Below the pieces are notes generated by a model. The model was given only the letters and a program-made list of their open reading frames with translations, did no database searches and was not told where the DNA came from. A program made the position numbers and the translations under genes. A stretch of DNA of 63,678 nt, the filler included, from Licmophora abbreviata (taxonomy: Eukaryota), in the NCBI GenBank assembly GCA_900291995.1. It is 12 parts of 12 records of this genome, joined end to end, with 100 filler letters (N's around TTAATTAATTAA, not from the genome) between each part and the next. Parts side by side here need not be neighbours in the genome. Positions count along the whole stretch, not along the records: positions 59,030 to 62,257 come from OLMU01001664.1; positions 62,358 to 63,678 come from OLMU01001666.1; 10 more parts are not named here. One strand, given 5' to 3'. Positions 59,181 through 63,678 of this stretch are shown here, piece by piece (within the stretch, counting starts at the first letter, position 1; each line of letters begins with the position of its first letter).

Positions 59181-60406
59181 ATGAGCGCGTCATGGGATCC
59201 GTTTGATCCCTTCACGTTGGACAATTGGCAAGAGAATGGGGAGTCGACGACAGAGGCTGATCCTTGGTCGTCGGGTGCTTGGGGACGCGGCGTGGACTTC
59301 CAGAATACTGCCCTTGATACAACTTTTGACTCGGCAGGCTTATTCGATATTAATCTTGCGCCGTCGTCTGATGCGTTCTCGGTGGCTGACGACGCCTCGT
59401 CGCTACTTTTTCCGGGGTTCGAAAGCGATGCGGTGGGGGCGACGAATGCCTTGGACGATGAGCCTACGATACAAGTGGCCATTCACGAGCAACTTTCTTG
59501 TCTGTATGATGGAACGGCAAGCTCAGGGCATGTCGATGGATCAATTCATGTGAGTAGAGAAACAGAAACAATTTCCGGTTTTTGACGCTTGCGTAGGCGT
59601 CATAAAATGTCCCTCTGACAGAGTTCCGTTCTTGTCATTCTGGCTATGCTGCTAGGTTCGCCCTTCGGATGGTACGCCTGAATCATTTGCATTGTTAATT
59701 CATGATTCGTGTGGTCACATTGAAAAGTTGGAAGAAGATGCTGGTCTTTGTCAAGACATATCGACCACCACAGACTTGGTTGTGGATGGTCAAGATTATG
59801 CATTGCGTGTTTCGATTCCGTTGCGATTTAATCCGATGAGCCCCATTGCCCGATATCGATGTACCAGTGAAGTCTACCCAATACCATTGGTAAGTTATAG
59901 AGAGCGATCCCGTCGCGTTTATTCAACGGCGTGGGATGATTATGACTGATGCTCTTTTTTTGTCTCGCTCGCCGCAGCTTGTGAAAAGCAAGGTTCATGT
60001 GCTTAAGAATGTCTGTCGCGTGCAGATCAAAATACGAGGCAATCCAGCGAATCAATCTACATTGACAGACGTGGCTATTATTCTAGCAGTTCCTCCCGAT
60101 GTATCTGGGGAGTCTGCCAAGATGTCACAAGCGGGTGGGGTATGGGACGGGATGAAGCGGCTTGTCGCCTGGTCGGTCGGGGAGATGGAACCGGGGCAAA
60201 TGATTGAGCTAAAGGTGCAGTTTAAGTGTGTGGCCGAGGAAGATGCGCATCGCACAGTGCCGAAGTTTCCGATTCTGGCGAGATGTGCCGCGGTGGATGA
60301 ACTGCTTAGTGGGGTCTCGCTAAGCGCTGCCGACGAGTACGACTTGACTTCTCCAGCGAAAGTGAACGTCAGTCGCACCGTTCGAATACTGCACCGTAAA
60401 GTATAA
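59181..60406 (+). CDS. Mu-homology-domain protein B with a DPF/DPW-containing disordered N-terminus; introns 59550-59655 and 59890-59977
   Basis: IQVAIHEQ..VDGSIH|VR..PIPL|LVKSKV..IKIRGNPAN..DVAIILAVP..GVWDGMKRLVAWSV..FPILARC. Confidence 0.78.
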
Positions 60407-60834
60407 GCAAGCATAGGGGGGCATTCCCTGTGACGTTATCAAACAACATGGTGCAGAGGCTGTAGGTGCCGTCGTCAAAACCCCTCAGAAATTACCAAGC
60501 TTCAGTAGGAAGCTGTGGTGTGGGCCCAACTATCCCGCTCAACCGCACTCGCCGGGGCGCGCGCGGCGAATCGCGATAGTCAGAAGAGTTCTTGCGATCA
60601 GAACGCCGATGGCATGTCCGGCTTACATTTATTTCGTTCACGAGGATCGGTGCTATTCTCAGTTTCGAATCCTACAAGACCCACACGTGATGCCGTCAGA
60701 CCGCAGGTCTGTCCACACACAAAGCGACACGGCGACGAGAACATTGGAGACCGGTGGTGACGGTGCTATCATTGACTGTACCTGTAGGCGTTGTCGTCGA
60801 CTGAGTGGGATCTCGTCGCAACTGGAGGAAAATC

Positions 60835-61456
60835 ATGACGTACAAAGCGCGGGGGCGTACGGCCATTGAAGTCGTCCTGGTAAGCGATCGTCGAATGATG
60901 TTGCATTGGGGAGCTGTCATTGCTATAATGTCAGACTGGCATGGATCGAGGAGGCTATCCAGCGAATTGTAATTCCTGCTCATTGCACGGTTCAAAAGTG
61001 CAGAAAGACTCATGGCATGCTTTGGGATTCTGGGCTGGTCATCATCGAGTTGCGCCCCCAGTCCTCGGTACCGTTTTCTCAAACACTATGTTTCTACCCG
61101 TTCTCTCTCAACTTACAGGCTGTTTGTTTCGTTGCGCTTCTGGTGGGGTTCATCACAGTTTTGTGTATCGGGAATTACTTTCGAGCGAAACGTGCACAGG
61201 AACGTCAAAGGTATGTTGAAACGGAAGAGTTTGCCAAGAGGAAGTTTTGCCAGCCATTTTGGGCGAGTTCGCGTTGTGTACCATGAGACTAATCGATAGA
61301 CAACCCTACTTTTCACACAGACAAAGACGGATGACAAAATTAGCAGCGGCAGGAGGAGGAAGTATGGGCCCGCCTGCTAGTCAGTACTCCACGGATCCGA
61401 GTTATACTGGTTCCTACGAAGCTCCGCCAATTTCCTCAGGTGCGGTGCAGGTATAG
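60835..61456 (+). CDS. Small single-TM protein (90 aa); 3 exons: 60835-60879, 61119-61210, 61321-61456
   Basis: GTAAGC..TACAG and GTATGT..CACAG introns give MTYKARGRTAIEVVL-AVCFVALLVGFITVLCIGNYFRAKRAQERQRQRRMTK...AVQV*. Confidence 0.65.
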
Positions 61457-61993
61457 TCGATGCGCATGCCGACGACGATTGTCGCATTGGGGGGACTGAT
61501 CTGGGTTAATCTGTCAGACAATAGCACCTTGGGAGAACTTGGGTTCACAACTTTGCTTGAGCAGCCATTATTGGGAGTCTAGACGTCGTGGATCGCGTGA
61601 TGGAGCTGATCTATACTGAAACTTAACTTCGGTGGTACTCTTATTAGCTGTCCACTCTAGCTAGAGCAGCGACCATCTATCAAAGGAGATATTCATGTCA
61701 AAGGCTACCATGGTCCTTTCATAGATGGCATGGACACCGAGCCACTTACAACTATCAGCTACAGGTACTCTAGACGCTAGCTAGGTCTCGTCGTCGTGGT
61801 CGGTGGAGTGGTCGCGCTGCGAATCCAAAAAATGGAGCTCGGAGCTCGTTTACTGAAAGCTATTTAGTGGGTATCGATTCCGTATTGCTCGTATCGGTTT
61901 AATCTTTTTGCGGCTCACCATGAGGATGACAGCGGAGTGAGTCGAGTCGACGTCGCGATCGCGATGTTGGCAATCATCATCGTCGGCATCACG

Positions 61994-62257
61994 ATGCGAC
62001 GTCTTTATCGATTGCTGCTCCTTGCCCTGTGGTACAAAGCTTCTCAGGCTTTTGTTCCACGACCGTCAGTATCATGTCGAGCATCGCCCGCGAGTTTCGC
62101 GATACGATTACATCAGCGGATGCTGATGGCTGCAGGAGACTCGCCGACAACACTCGTCACCACCGTGGAAGAAGCGTCTCATATCCTTGAAGCATGGGAC
62201 AAGTCTGTTAATCAAGAGAGCGAGGGGAGTGAAAGGGAGGAAACTGGTGATACTGAC
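61994..62257 (+). CDS. Plastid-targeted protein, 3'-truncated by the gap
   Basis: Signal peptide MRRLYRLLLLALWYKASQA-FVP (ASAFAP-type motif), then a Ser/Arg-rich transit peptide. Confidence 0.65.
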
Positions 62258-62357
62258 NNNNNNNNNNNNNNNNNNNNNNNNNNNNNNNNNNNNNNNNNNN
62301 NTTAATTAATTAANNNNNNNNNNNNNNNNNNNNNNNNNNNNNNNNNNNNNNNNNNNN
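62258..62357. other. Artificial contig spacer
   Basis: N44-TTAATTAATTAA-N44. Confidence 0.97.
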
Positions 62358-62373
62358 TGTCTTTGTAAATTCA

Positions 62374-63678
62374 ATGAGCGGGCGTATTCCGAGGTATAAG
62401 CACGATGTTCCGGCGGTCCGACTTGACATTCAAAGCCACAAGCACTACAAAAAGACAGCGTCTTCATCGACAGCCTCGCCACCCGCAGATCGTCGTGCTC
62501 AGTCTGACGGTATCTTGAAGACGAAAAAGGGCCGAGCAATGGGAGACGAGGCTGAAGCCACGCTCTTAACTTTGTTGGAAGAAAGACGAGCCCGCGCCAA
62601 GTCTGAAGATCCTGGATGGATCGGGGCTGTCGAGGGGGAGAGACCCCCGCTGTACAACGTTCCCATGCAGGATACACCGGCGGCACTGGTGGCTCCCGAG
62701 GAAGGAAGTCCATACATGATTCGAAAAAGTGAGGCTGCGAAAGAAAAGAAGAGATTCTCGATTTTGTCCAAGCGAATCTCTTTATTCAAGTGGGGCGGCC
62801 GTGAGGAGGCGCTCGATTCTGGGGACAGGCAGGACGTCTTTGACGGCGTGGCAGCTGCAGATAGCGAGGCTGGGCCTTCTCAACTCGCCTTGGCGGATAC
62901 GGACACGGATCGCCTCATCACAGGCGCCATGGCGCTTGACGATCTATTTGCGGAACAAGCTGAAACGGAATCTGTCATTTCGGAAGTGTCGGAGGATTCG
63001 TGGGCTGGCAGTGCAGTAGAGGAGGAGATCTTGCCGCTAACAGCTACCGAGCCCACCGTACGGACTGGATACCAGTCAACAGTTCCTATGGAAGCCGCAA
63101 AGGTGCGACGGAGAAATAAAAAAGACGCAAACGGAGAGGTCGACGCTTCAGGAAGTGTTTGGAAAGGATCTTTTGTGTCCATCGCGACAACAGGCTGGCG
63201 GAAGCTTTGCATCCGATGATTCTATGGAATGGTGTCGTTAGGTTTCTCTTCTCCTCATTGTTCGCCTGGCTTGGGATTCCATGTTTGATCACGGCTGCTG
63301 TTCTTTATTATAAGCTCGGAAATCCTACGGTAGACTTTATGTCTCAGGCAACGGTTTCGTGGTTTCTTGTGTTCTTTGCGCGGCAGACCTTGATGCTTCA
63401 GGTCGCTCTAGTAACGCAGTACCTGATTGTGGACATTATTGCCATTCGGAGCAAACTTGCAGTTACACTACTTGGTCCCTTGATTACTTTGTTTTTGATC
63501 AATGCGAAAGGTTGGCCGCTCCTTGCTGTCTGTAAGTTCGAACGATGAGTGGCCTGCGTATTTTTCTCGATAGACATCGACTCACATGTTCTTTTGTCAG
63601 TATGGTCGCTTTGGGACTTGTTCCTATTTCACGGCGACGACAATTTCCAGCGGAACTGGTTGTATTTTGCAGATATTG
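62374..63678 (+). CDS. Multi-pass membrane protein, probably the N-terminal half of a diatom MscS-like mechanosensitive channel; frameshift ~63206; intron 63532-63600; runs off the window
   Basis: Disordered N-terminus, then TM blocks AAVLYYKLGNP, ATVSWFLVFFARQ, LLGPLITLFLINAKGWP and WSLWD..HGD..NWLYF, which I recall from diatom MscS-family proteins. The MscS core itself is outside the window. Confidence 0.5.

Noticed and set aside
10209..62357. Recurring TTAATTAATTAA palindrome within N runs as a repeat, CRISPR or mobile element
   Set aside because: Identical 100-nt synthetic six-frame-stop linker; an assembly artefact.

Overview
Eukaryotic nuclear DNA, almost certainly from a diatom or related photosynthetic stramenopile: gene-dense, with short GT-AG introns (mostly 70-100 nt), ASAF-type bipartite plastid presequences and an EFL translation GTPase. 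The window is 12 contigs joined by 11 artificial 100-nt spacers (N44-TTAATTAATTAA-N44). At least some contigs are in true order: two junctions overlap and one gene continues across a gap. About 30 protein-coding genes can be supported. All family calls come from motif recognition by eye, not from database searches. They include a FUT8/NodZ-like fucosyltransferase, a carbohydrate sulfotransferase, TRM3/TARBP1, SMU1, a bHLH factor, a TEX264-like protein, EFL, APC4, VPS37-like, CENP-I-like, a DnaJ protein, RusA, an FAH-family hydrolase, an eEF1B-type GEF domain, two EamA paralogs, a trypsin-fold protein, YqgF, TMCO4-like, BTB, codanin-1-like, a purple acid phosphatase, an ELM2-SANT-PHD protein, two mu-homology-domain paralogs and a probable MscS-like channel. 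I saw no rRNA, tRNA, CRISPR array or transposon. The most interesting observations are: (1) an intron-containing chymotrypsin-fold protein with a His-Asp-Cys triad (GLCGGP), like viral 3C proteases; (2) EFL linked to a truncated eEF1B GEF domain whose catalytic Lys is replaced by Ala; (3) a phage/bacterial-type RusA resolvase with a signal peptide plus transit-peptide-like leader; (4) TEX264-, CENP-I- and possible shugoshin-like genes; (5) five genes each broken by a same-direction single-base frameshift, most likely sequencing error.
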